A stretch of DNA of 49,616 nucleotides, taken from a virus. The notes beneath the pieces were generated by a model. That model saw nothing but the letters and a program-made list of their open reading frames with translations. It did no database searches and was not told where the DNA came from. The stretch's first letter is position 1. Each line of letters starts with the position of its first letter. The stretch lies in the IMG/VR virus record IMGVR_UViG_3300045988_013611. One strand, written 5' to 3'. This document shows, piece after piece, positions 33,034 through 40,950 of this stretch. The position numbers and the translations under genes were made by a program.

Positions 33034-33318
33034 CTATAAGTATCTCTTGCCGAACGCCCGGATGAACTCCGCTTCTGTCCAGCCCTGTTCCTGCATGATC
33101 TTCGCCTGAAACTCCCGGCGCAGGCGGCGCATCACGTCCCCATCCCGGTGGACGGCGTGTTCTCCGTTCCGGTGGCACGCATTGCCGCACAGGTCGACCA
33201 CAGCGCCGTATTTCTCGCTTTTCTTCCGGTCAGCGTGGTTCCCGCCGAACACATGGTGCCGTTCCAGCGGGTCGGTGCTGCCGTTCCTGCGGCAGAAATA
33301 GCACCGTCTCTCACCCAT
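33034..33318 (-). CDS. Hypothetical HNH-like/zinc-binding protein
   Basis: 94 aa. CYFC...HHVFGG...LCGNACH...AVH pattern. Confidence 0.45.
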   Translation of the reverse strand: MGERRCYFCRRNGSTDPLERHHVFGGNHADRKKSEKYGAVVDLCGNACHRNGEHAVHRDGDVMRRLRREFQAKIMQEQGWTEAEFIRAFGKRYL

Positions 33319-33874
33319 TCACCAGCACCTCCGTTCCATCCGGAATATACTCCGGGCAGTAGTGGATGGCGAAGGACGTGATCTCGCCCGCGTTCCCCTG
33401 GTATTTCGTGGTAGGCGTGGCGTCCCAGCCCTTCACAGGCTCCGGGGGCTTCCGTGACCAGCTGCACCCTCCGGCGTAGTTCTGGCACGTCCAGCAGGGT
33501 TGTGGATGGCCGTGGCGGCGGTCTGCATTCCTCCGTGCCGCACAGCCGCAGCTGAACGTACCCTTCAGATTCTTCGCCAGCACCACCCGCGTCTTGCCGC
33601 AGTCGCACACACAGAGCCATTTCGGCCCGTCCGGCCCCGATCCGACGTAGTGATCCACCACCAGCATCCCGTTCCGCTCTCCCGTGCGGTCAATGCGGCG
33701 CGCCCCTGTTGTGCCGCGCCGTTGCAGCTGCCTCCCCGGCGTGAAGGTCGCTTCCCACGTCCACCCTCTGCCCAGCCGGTTCCGCAGCGTCTTTTGCGGC
33801 AGATCCAGTTCTTTCGACCATTGTCCTATCGTCAGGGATTTCCCGTGGGCCGTGTAGATTTTGGCTGTACTCAT
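33311..33874 (-). CDS. Hypothetical DNA-binding protein (HTH plus Cys clusters)
   Basis: Start moved to ATG 33874 with an ATGA overlap. Confidence 0.5.
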   Translation of the reverse strand: MSTAKIYTAHGKSLTIGQWSKELDLPQKTLRNRLGRGWTWEATFTPGRQLQRRGTTGARRIDRTGERNGMLVVDHYVGSGPDGPKWLCVCDCGKTRVVLAKNLKGTFSCGCAARRNADRRHGHPQPCWTCQNYAGGCSWSRKPPEPVKGWDATPTTKYQGNAGEITSFAIHYCPEYIPDGTEVLVNG

Positions 33875-34416
33875 ACGCTCACCTCGCCCCAACGGGACAC
33901 CAGCGCGTCCAGCTCTCTGGGCGTCATGGTCTCGATGCCATTCTCCTTGCAGTCCGCCACCACCAACTCAATGAGCTGGGACATCTGGGCCGTGTCATAA
34001 TCGCTGGAAGATATGTACGACCGGACATTGTGATAGCCCTTGATGTTGCGGCACGGCCCCATGTCCTCGATCATCCGACCGATGTGGCCGCTGCACCAAA
34101 TCTTTTCCCATGCGTCAATGCGATCCTCCCGTACCGGCACCACCTCATAGCCGCCGCCGATATCCGGGATGTAGGCCCGGTAGATACCCTCCGGCTCGAT
34201 TTTCAGTTTGTCCGCCAGCCGGTTCACCAGCACCCAGAAATAGGCGTTGGCGTCCAGACTGCGGCCCTTGCGCTTCAACGTCAGGTTGTATTCCTTCCCG
34301 GCTTTCAGGCGGTCGCACACGTCCATGGCCGTCTTGTCGCTGCCTACCCGGAAGGCCAGCCACGCCCCGTCGCCGTCCCGCAGCCACCGGGCGGCGTCCA
34401 CCGTCACCTGCTGCAT
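33871..34416 (-). CDS. Conserved recombination-module protein (RSLDANAYFW motif; NinB/putative-nuclease-like, uncertain)
   Basis: Start moved to ATG 34416 with RBS AAAGGAGGAAG. Confidence 0.4.
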   Translation of the reverse strand: MQQVTVDAARWLRDGDGAWLAFRVGSDKTAMDVCDRLKAGKEYNLTLKRKGRSLDANAYFWVLVNRLADKLKIEPEGIYRAYIPDIGGGYEVVPVREDRIDAWEKIWCSGHIGRMIEDMGPCRNIKGYHNVRSYISSSDYDTAQMSQLIELVVADCKENGIETMTPRELDALVSRWGEVSV

Positions 34417-34988
34417 GGCGCTTCCTCCTTTCGGGGCCACCGGCCTGTTTTCAGGCATGTGGCCAAATACCGCAGGCGGGGCAGGTACTTCTCCTCCACC
34501 CACGTCTCATCGTACTCGATGGGCCACAGGCTGATCCTGCCGGGGTCGACGGGCAAAAAGAAGTTCTGCTTCTCCGCCTCGCCGATCTGATAGGCCGCGA
34601 TCCGGCAGGCTTTCCGCCGCCGCAGGCCCCACCCGCTGGCGAACATCTCCACCTGACACTGCATCCAGTAGGCGTGGCTCACCTTGAAGGGAGCCTTGCT
34701 GTAGGTCTTGACCTCCGTAATGGTCTGGGCGTCGTCCCCGTCGTAGTTCACCCGCAGCCGCAGGGCGTAAACCTTGATCTGCCGGTCGCGGGTCTTTACC
34801 CCCAGCGCATCGAGGATTTTGTGTTCGTAGGCCGTCCCCGCTTGCATGGCGGCGTTGGTGTAGTGATCCTGCCGGATGCCCAGCTTCACCGCCCACCACT
34901 TCCGGAACGTCTCCGTCTCCCACGATCCCATGATGGTGGCCGTGTCCGATGCCCCGAACCACCCGCTCCTGTCCTGATCGTGGATCAC
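34404..34988 (-). CDS. YqaJ/lambda-Exo-like recombination exonuclease
   Basis: 194 aa. GWFGASDTATIMG motif near the N-terminus. Adjacent to the annealase gene. Confidence 0.7.
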   Translation of the reverse strand: MIHDQDRSGWFGASDTATIMGSWETETFRKWWAVKLGIRQDHYTNAAMQAGTAYEHKILDALGVKTRDRQIKVYALRLRVNYDGDDAQTITEVKTYSKAPFKVSHAYWMQCQVEMFASGWGLRRRKACRIAAYQIGEAEKQNFFLPVDPGRISLWPIEYDETWVEEKYLPRLRYLATCLKTGRWPRKEEAPCSR

Positions 34989-35635
34989 AGCTTGTTCACC
35001 GCTTTCTCAAGGCCGTCCAGCTTGGCGAAGTAGCCCATCAGCTGGTTCAGCTGCTTGTCGTTGATCCGCAGGGCGGCCAGCAGGTCTTTGTGATCCAGCC
35101 CTGCCTTTTCCTTGGCGGTAATGGCCCGCTCCAGCCGTTCCCGGATGGCCCAGATGCTGTGGCGGCTCAGATCGTCCTCGCCGTCGTCTCCGTCGCCGCT
35201 CTCGGCCCACAGGTCAAAGCCCAGTCCCGTCCGCAGCGCCACGCCCTTCACAAAGGCGCGGGCCTGCGCGTTGGAAATGCGCAGCTGGTTCAGCGTGTCC
35301 TCATAGACCACCAGCGCCCCGTTCAGCAGCGGCGTGTCCATATTGAATACCAGCTCGTCGATATGGATCTCCACGCTGACGAACCAGCACTGCGTCTTGT
35401 AGCCCTTCCGGGTGGTCACATCCGCCTGGGGCCACAGGTAGGTTTTCGTCTCCGGGCAGACGCGGGGTGCAAACCATACGTCCTTCGCGCCGTTCTCATG
35501 CAGCAGCTTCACGCACTTGGCCCAGTTCAGATAGGGGATATCCACCATGTTGCCGTTGTCGTCCTTAGCCTTCCGCGTCTCGCAGAAGGGTCTCACATCG
35601 ACTTCAATCAGTTCTTCAAAGGGTAACAGTGCCAT
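34985..35635 (-). CDS. Rad52/Sak-like single-strand annealing protein
   Basis: 216 aa. IPYLNWAKCVKLL...VKGVALRTGLGFDLW pattern, followed by an acidic linker. Confidence 0.6.
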   Translation of the reverse strand: MALLPFEELIEVDVRPFCETRKAKDDNGNMVDIPYLNWAKCVKLLHENGAKDVWFAPRVCPETKTYLWPQADVTTRKGYKTQCWFVSVEIHIDELVFNMDTPLLNGALVVYEDTLNQLRISNAQARAFVKGVALRTGLGFDLWAESGDGDDGEDDLSRHSIWAIRERLERAITAKEKAGLDHKDLLAALRINDKQLNQLMGYFAKLDGLEKAVNKL

Positions 35636-35984
35636 TTTTCTTTGCCTCCTTATAAATTTTCTTCAAACTCGCCCAGCTGTTGCCGTCCAGCACATCATCC
35701 AGCCAAGCTTCTTCCGTGTCGCCCAGCTCCTGAGCGCCCTTCTCAAACAGGTTGATAATGGCGATCTTGCGGCAGTCCGGACACAGAAAACTCTTGTCAT
35801 ACCGGCTGCCGACGTGACCATCGTCCCACGACACATGGGCGCGGCAGATGTCGCACTCAAACATTTCGTCATAGTGGGTATCGCCGCAGCAGGGACACAC
35901 CTTCGCCCCGTCGCCTTTGTTCCAGAAATCCGGGTCATACCGGGGTTCCTCGAACTCCCGCCCGGTCTCATTGCATCGGTACAT
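35616..35984 (-). CDS. Hypothetical zinc-ribbon protein
   Basis: Start moved to ATG 35984 with RBS GAGGAG. CPCCG...CDIC...CPDC motifs. Confidence 0.5.
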   Translation of the reverse strand: MYRCNETGREFEEPRYDPDFWNKGDGAKVCPCCGDTHYDEMFECDICRAHVSWDDGHVGSRYDKSFLCPDCRKIAIINLFEKGAQELGDTEEAWLDDVLDGNSWASLKKIYKEAKKNGTVTL

Positions 35985-36058
35985 ACGCTTCTCCTCTTGA
36001 CAGGCAGACCAAAAGCCGCTATCATAAGCTTGTAAAATCTTTTTCAAGGGTTTTGCCC

Positions 36059-36095
36059 GCCCCGACGGAGTGCCAGCTCCGCCGGGGCTTTTTTT
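36059..36095 (+). terminator. Plus-oriented intrinsic terminator inside the minus-strand early operon
   Basis: 11 bp plus one mismatch, GCCCCGACGGAG/CTCCGCCGGGGC, followed by T7 on the plus strand only. Confidence 0.55.
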
Positions 36096-36097
36096 AC

Positions 36098-36364
36098 TTA
36101 CATCATCACGACCACACGGCCATCGTCGATCATATCCTTCAGCGCTTCCTCCAGATAGGCCTTGATGGTCTTGCGGGCCTTCTTCGCGGAGGCTTTCCGT
36201 TTTCCGGCGCTGGCGTCCCGCGAAGCCTCGGCAGCTGCGGCCCGTGCGGCATACACCTTGTCCCGCGCCGCCCGATACTCGGCGTACCCGTGGGAGCAGT
36301 GCAGCATGCAGTCGCCTCTTCTGTCCGGGCAGTCCGGCGTACAGGGGCTTTGCGGTACGCTCAT
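36098..36364 (-). CDS. Hypothetical Cys-rich / basic protein
   Basis: 88 aa. Confidence 0.45.
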   Translation of the reverse strand: MSVPQSPCTPDCPDRRGDCMLHCSHGYAEYRAARDKVYAARAAAAEASRDASAGKRKASAKKARKTIKAYLEEALKDMIDDGRVVVMM

Positions 36365-36678
36365 ACCGCCACCCCCAGCACCTCCAGCAGCTTGTCCCGC
36401 TTGCGGAAGGTCTCCAGCGGCTGCGCCCCGGTCTCCAGCCGTGTGATCGTCGCCTGACTCACGCCCACATCCGCAGCAACGGCGGCCTGCGACCAGCCCA
36501 GACGTATGCGGGCCTCTTGCAAAAACCGCTGTCCCTCCGCATACCGGCGCTGATTCTCCCGGTAATATCCGCTGGCATACTTGGCGATCAGCACGGAATT
36601 TGCCCTGCGGTACGCGGCGAAATACGGCTTGTTGGCCTCGTAGTACGCCTTCTGATAGGCGTTTCTTGCGTCGCTCAT
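36361..36678 (-). CDS. XRE-type HTH protein
   Basis: Start moved to ATG 36678. C-terminal RLGWSQAAVAADVGVSQATITRLETG. Confidence 0.6.
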   Translation of the reverse strand: MSDARNAYQKAYYEANKPYFAAYRRANSVLIAKYASGYYRENQRRYAEGQRFLQEARIRLGWSQAAVAADVGVSQATITRLETGAQPLETFRKRDKLLEVLGVAV

Positions 36679-36769
36679 CACCGCCGTCCTTCCAGCCGGT
36701 CGATCAGGTGCATGAACTGCACGGCCACGGTCAGCGCACCGATATAGATCATGATGTAGGCGATCATGT

Positions 36770-36970
36770 TTACACCGTCCTTTCTTCGATCCATTTGTCC
36801 AGCAGCGCCCGGAAGATCTGAAACGACCGTCGGCCCTGATCGTTGACGATGCAAAAGCCAAACTCGAACTTACCTTGTTCCAGTCCGTTTGCCAGCACCA
36901 CGTTTCCAATCTTAAAGCCGTGGCCGCGCAAATACTCCGCCGCCTGATTCAAACTCAATGTTTCGATCAT
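36770..36970 (-). CDS. Small DNA-binding protein (excisionase/HTH_17-like, tentative)
   Basis: 66 aa. LSLNQAAEYL...FRALLDKWIEE. Confidence 0.35.
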   Translation of the reverse strand: MIETLSLNQAAEYLRGHGFKIGNVVLANGLEQGKFEFGFCIVNDQGRRSFQIFRALLDKWIEERTV

Positions 36971-37079
36971 ATCTCTTGCCTTTCTCTTGGCCCTGTGTTA
37001 CAATAGGGTAAACACAAGGGATTGTGTTTCCATTCTCTCGCCCTGCTCGGTCTGCTACACCGGGCAGGGCTTCTCCATT

Positions 37080-37721
37080 TTATTCCACGCCGACGACGTG
37101 GTATCTGCCGTAGCCGCTTGACCGTCCGGAACCAATACCCAAGCCAAACCCGGCCATATTAATAATGTTTACGATTTGGTCAAGCGTGTAAACGTTCTCG
37201 GTGTATGTAATGTGGATTTGCGATGACCACCCGGAAAATCGATTGATGTACACCAGAACAGGTGCGCCTCGCTTCGGAGACATCAGCGTTTTGTCAACAA
37301 AATGCTCCGCAAACTTAATGGGTTCCAGTCTTGCCGTTACATTCATGGCGTTGTCAAACTTCGTCGCGTAAGTGTCGATCTCGTTTCGCACAACTGCCTG
37401 ACAGAAGGACTTTTTCAGCCCAAACCCGGTAATGCACGGCGCGTTGTTCGCCAGCATATCCCGCAGCGTTTCCTCGGTCATGCCCTGATATGTATCCTCG
37501 CAGGGGTATCCGTCCCGCCAGTGGATGGCTGTGATAATGTCCTCCCAAATGTTGGGGACTTCCTTGATGGTCTTTTTACCGTCGCGGGCGGCGGTCAGCT
37601 CTCGGACGGTGCGGGCGTTCATCTTATTCAACACAAGGTCGCCGTCGCCCTCGATCAAGATGGTTGCCTGTTCGATTTTTACAGGCTGGACTTCAATAAC
37701 GCGTTCCTTTTTCATTTTCAT
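37080..37721 (-). CDS. Hypothetical protein with a RAMP/Cas6-like C-terminal glycine-rich loop
   Basis: 213 aa. The C-terminus NIINMAGFGLGIGSGRSSGYGRYHVVGVE follows a beta-alpha pattern. Confidence 0.6.
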   Translation of the reverse strand: MKMKKERVIEVQPVKIEQATILIEGDGDLVLNKMNARTVRELTAARDGKKTIKEVPNIWEDIITAIHWRDGYPCEDTYQGMTEETLRDMLANNAPCITGFGLKKSFCQAVVRNEIDTYATKFDNAMNVTARLEPIKFAEHFVDKTLMSPKRGAPVLVYINRFSGWSSQIHITYTENVYTLDQIVNIINMAGFGLGIGSGRSSGYGRYHVVGVE

Positions 37722-37765
37722 TCTCCTTTTTTCGTTTCGTGCGCTTGATGTGACTTATGATATGC

Positions 37766-38002
37766 TTTGCTGTGATGTTTTTTAGTATCGTTTTCTTTTC
37801 TGATAAGTTCTTTGCTACAGCGTTTTTTGCTGTTGAGATATTTGCTGTCTACGTGGCTTTCATAAGCCACAGCAAGCGCACGATGTTGTTTTGTTCTGCG
37901 GTGTACTTTAGCGTGTTTTGGTGTTTTATCCTTATGTTTGGTGTTTTTCTGCGGTAAGCAGAAACAGAAGCATATAGTGCGGTATACTGTTCTTTTCTGC
38001 GC
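37766..38002 (+). repeat. Iteron-like short repeats in an AT-rich 370-bp gap
   Basis: TTTGCT(G/A)(T/C) at 37766, 37811, 37826 and 37841. TTCTGCG(G/C) at 37894, 37947 and 37995. Hairpin TTTCTGC-GGTAA-GCAGAAA at 37945-37963. Confidence 0.8.
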
Positions 38003-38093
38003 TGTCCTGTTCTTTTATGTAATGTGGTTTGGTTGGTTTGCTTATGCAGTACAAGAGCTATATGCTCCTGTTTCCGCTTACCGCTTGGATATT

Positions 38094-38537
38094 TTACCCC
38101 GCCAATTGGTCGATGGCGGCAAATACGCCCTCAAGCTCCGCCAGCGTCTGGTACTTGGTCTTGAAGCTGCTCAGTTCTGCCAGCGCTCTGTCCAGAAGCT
38201 TTTGATACTCGTCCTTGTCCTGCATAATCAGGACAGTGGGCTTATAGCCGCTGTCGCTGTCCGTCTTGTAGAACACGCGGACTTCCGGCTTCGGCGTCTC
38301 TGCCTGTTCACGGATGACCAGACTGCAAACCACTTTTCTGGCCTGATGCATCCGCCACTTTTCGGCGGCGGTGGTGTCGTTCCAGTCAAAGCACTTGTGA
38401 AGCTCCGTAGTTTCATCCCGTGCCTTGTCCAGAATTTGAGCGGTCGTTGCCGAGCTTCCGATAGCAGCGATCTCGTCCGCCACCTTCTGCGCATCGGCGG
38501 CGATATGGCACCCGCTCCGCCATGCTGCAATAATCAT
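38094..38537 (-). CDS. Hypothetical early protein
   Basis: 147 aa. RBS cassette AAAGGAGAATGAAAAATG. Confidence 0.6.
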   Translation of the reverse strand: MIIAAWRSGCHIAADAQKVADEIAAIGSSATTAQILDKARDETTELHKCFDWNDTTAAEKWRMHQARKVVCSLVIREQAETPKPEVRVFYKTDSDSGYKPTVLIMQDKDEYQKLLDRALAELSSFKTKYQTLAELEGVFAAIDQLAG

Positions 38538-38555
38538 TTTTCATTCTCCTTTGAC

Positions 38556-38702
38556 TTAGTAGTTGCACAGCTGCTCGCACAGGTCATGGCACGGGCAGTT
38601 CTTGCAATCGCATTCCAGCGGGTTCTTGTGTTCGCACAGAGCGTCAGGCCGAGCCAGAAACTCCCGTTCAAGCGCCTGATATTCGGGATCGCTGTACTTC
38701 AT
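38556..38702 (-). CDS. 48-aa Cys-rich protein
   Basis: Not in the track. Translation MKYSDPEYQALEREFLARPDALCEHKNPLECDCKNCPCHDLCEQLCNY. Same RBS cassette. Confidence 0.5.
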   Translation of the reverse strand: MKYSDPEYQALEREFLARPDALCEHKNPLECDCKNCPCHDLCEQLCNY

Positions 38703-38719
38703 TTTTCATTCTCCTTCGT

Positions 38720-38926
38720 TCATTTGCCCTCCCTTGCCAGACGTACCGCCGCAATGATGTCATCTTCGGTCACGCGGTACATTTTGGCCAGCTTAGAAAT
38801 GTACTTTGTCGCCATTCCGTTCTGGCCGCGTTCCCACTGCGATACAGCGTTGTCGCAAATAGAAAGTTTCTTTGCAACAAGCGTCTGCGTGTATCCCACA
38901 CGTTCGCGCATTTCCTTTAGTGTCAA
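38720..38926 (-). CDS. Cro-like XRE HTH regulator
   Basis: 68 aa with a TTG start after AAGGAG. GYTQTLVAKKLSICDNAVSQWERG. Confidence 0.7.
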   Translation of the reverse strand: MTLKEMRERVGYTQTLVAKKLSICDNAVSQWERGQNGMATKYISKLAKMYRVTEDDIIAAVRLAREGK

Positions 38927-38962
38927 CCGTTATCACTCCTTTACAATGTGAAGAACTTAACC

Positions 38963-38991
38963 TTGACAAACGTCGCCAACGCCGTTATTAT
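38963..38991 (+). promoter_or_regulatory. Rightward promoter TTGACA-17-TATTAT (lysogeny operon)
   Basis: -35 at 38963-38968 and -10 at 38986-38991. Confidence 0.55.
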
Positions 38992-39090
38992 GTAAGTGTC
39001 AGCCAACAAAATATCGGCTATAAGCCCGCAAAACGGAGATTTCCGATGGGGGTCTGGTTTTTTTGTTGTCTCGTTAAGTGCTATGTGAGT

Positions 39091-39119
39091 ATTATAACTG
39101 CTAAATTCGCAGTTGTCAA
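39091..39119 (-). promoter_or_regulatory. Leftward consensus promoter TTGACA-17-TATAAT (cro/early operon) with operator palindromes
   Basis: In plus coordinates the -10 is at 39091-39096 and the -35 at 39114-39119. The inverted repeat AACTGC(39096-39101)/GCAGTT(39109-39114) lies in the spacer, and a second pair lies at 39126-39131/39148-39153. Confidence 0.65.
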
Positions 39120-39192
39120 CGCAATAACTGCGAAAAATATAGTTTTAGCAGTTTGCACAAAATTTGCTAATTTGTTTTGATGCTTGACGCCT

Positions 39193-39867
39193 ATGCTTAG
39201 ATTGTTTAAGAAAACAGAAAAGATTTTTCAAGAAAAAAACTTGTTTGTTGCCGCTGCAAATGTTGTTTTTGATACCGACCAAGCGTCGGCATCTATGCTA
39301 CAAAGACGGTTAAAAATTAACTACGAAAAAGCGGCACAGCTAATGAACGAATTGGAGACGGCAGGAATTGTGAGCGCTTTTGACGGGGCAACTCCTCGAC
39401 AAATATTAGCTTCTGCTCAAGATTTTCAATCGGCAATTTTTAAGATTGGGACGCAAAACATTACTCCATCAAAAATAAAAACTGCCATTTCCGAAAAGCA
39501 TCAAATAAATGCTGTTGATGGAATGGATGGCCACGAATTTGAATATTGGTGCGCCGACTTGCTGCGAAAAAATGGTTTTTCTGACGTAAAAGTAACGCAA
39601 GGCAGCGGAGATCAGGGCGTTGATGTGCTTGCCAAAAAGGACGGAATAAAGTACGCCATCCAGTGCAAATGCTATTCTTCGGATTTAAGCAATAAGCCGG
39701 TTCAAGAAGTCAACGCCGGAAAAACCATTTATCATTGCCATGTCGGTGCGGTAATGACAAATCGCTTTTTTACTCCCGGAGCGAAAGAAGCGGCAGAAGC
39801 AACCGGCGTCCTGCTTTGGGACAGAAATAAGTTGACGGAGTTTTTAGAAACCGCAAAAAAAGGTTAA
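39193..39867 (+). CDS. FtsK-gamma winged-helix domain fused to an Mrr-like restriction endonuclease domain
   Basis: QASASMLQRRLKINYEKAAQLMNELETAGIV is gamma-like. GHEFEYWCADLL..GDQGVDVLA...AIQCKCY is Mrr_cat-like. The track starts at TTG 39184. Confidence 0.65.
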   Translation: MLRLFKKTEKIFQEKNLFVAAANVVFDTDQASASMLQRRLKINYEKAAQLMNELETAGIVSAFDGATPRQILASAQDFQSAIFKIGTQNITPSKIKTAISEKHQINAVDGMDGHEFEYWCADLLRKNGFSDVKVTQGSGDQGVDVLAKKDGIKYAIQCKCYSSDLSNKPVQEVNAGKTIYHCHVGAVMTNRFFTPGAKEAAEATGVLLWDRNKLTEFLETAKKG

Positions 39868-39871
39868 TTTT

Positions 39872-40288
39872 ATGAAAAGAAATACCGTAGCTGTTGATTG
39901 CGAAAAAATAAATCCTAAGATAAAAGAAAATGGATGGAGCAACGCGTCATTTTCAAGACTTGTCGGGAAATACCCGTCATGGTACGGAGAGGTAAAGCGC
40001 GGAAACAATCTCCCCTCTCCGGAAGAAGCTATGCGGATGTGCGTCCTGCTGCAAACCACACCGGAGGAAATTCTTCTTGATCCGGAAGATATTGCGCTGG
40101 TAAATGACCTGCTGGAACAGGAAAAGGGCGCAAAAAAAGCGCCCACTGAAACCAGTGAGCGCGAATTTGTACCATCTTATGAAGATTGGGAAAAGCAGGC
40201 TGAAAACTGGACGATAGACCAGCTGGATAACGCCATCTGGAAGCTGTTCCAGATCAAGAGGAAAAGAGAAGGTAAACATGGCGATTGA
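39872..40288 (+). CDS. HTH protein, candidate CI-type repressor
   Basis: 138 aa. WSNASFSRLVGKYPSWYGEVKRG is HTH-like. Lies in the plus-strand lysogeny operon. Confidence 0.5.
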   Translation: MKRNTVAVDCEKINPKIKENGWSNASFSRLVGKYPSWYGEVKRGNNLPSPEEAMRMCVLLQTTPEEILLDPEDIALVNDLLEQEKGAKKAPTETSEREFVPSYEDWEKQAENWTIDQLDNAIWKLFQIKRKREGKHGD

Positions 40289-40562
40289 ATTGACCAAAAG
40301 CGCAAAGAAATCTCTGGCGACACTCTACCGTGAGTATTGCCAGAGATTAAACGCGGGTGAAAAGAAAGCGCAGGCTGCGTCTCTTCAGCCTTACAGTGAA
40401 TTTGTGATGGACAATCGGAAAGAGCTGAAAGACGCGGGATTTATTCGAGTTGACCTTTTGGGTAACATTTATTTGACGGACAAGGCCATTATTTATATGG
40501 AAAATAAGACGGCAGACGCCATCAAAGAATGGCTGTCATTCGGCACACAATTTATACCCTAA
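40278..40562 (+). CDS. Hypothetical protein
   Basis: 94 aa. Overlaps the upstream gene by 11 nt. Confidence 0.5.
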   Translation: MAIELTKSAKKSLATLYREYCQRLNAGEKKAQAASLQPYSEFVMDNRKELKDAGFIRVDLLGNIYLTDKAIIYMENKTADAIKEWLSFGTQFIP

Positions 40563-40760
40563 ATTGTTTTCGATGAAATCAAGGAACTGCTTCCCGGTAA
40601 ACAGGTTCCCGGCGTGGGCTTTTTCAATGCTGAAAGATACGTCGCATCCATCAGCGTAAAATTTGAATTCTTCGCAGCGGATCGGCAGGCCGTTTACAAT
40701 GACATACGTCTTGTCCCCGTCAGACGCGATCAGGATTTTCGGGTTTGATAGTTCCATCAT
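40536..40760 (-). CDS. Hypothetical 74-aa protein (second gene of a small convergent cassette)
   Basis: ATG 40760 preceded by GGAAGGAG. Confidence 0.5.
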   Translation of the reverse strand: MMELSNPKILIASDGDKTYVIVNGLPIRCEEFKFYADGCDVSFSIEKAHAGNLFTGKQFLDFIENNLGYKLCAE

Positions 40761-40893
40761 TTTCAAGCTCCTTCCACAATTTGATCTGTTCCTCTTTTGT
40801 CAGCGTTGCCACGGCAGAAAGAAATTTCTCCCGCAGCGCCATGATCATTGTACCACAGTTTTCGTTTTGTCTCAAGTGTACCTGTTCCGTCAT
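40720..40893 (-). CDS. Hypothetical 57-aa protein (first gene of the cassette)
   Basis: Not in the track. RBS GGAGGAAAGG. Translation MTEQVHLRQNENCGTMIMALREKFLSAVATLTKEEQIKLWKELENDGTIKPENPDRV. Confidence 0.4.
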   Translation of the reverse strand: MTEQVHLRQNENCGTMIMALREKFLSAVATLTKEEQIKLWKELENDGTIKPENPDRV

Positions 40894-40950
40894 GATTCCT
40901 TTCCTCCGTCCAAATTCCTGCGTTAGAACAAGCGTTTTGTTTGTGTGCTT

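Noticed and set aside
36971-37079. The GC hairpin GCCCTGCCCGG...CCGAGCAGGGC after gene 37080-37721, read as a terminator
   Set aside because: No U-tract follows on the minus strand, and the operon appears to continue. It may be an RNA-stability element, but I cannot support a terminator call.
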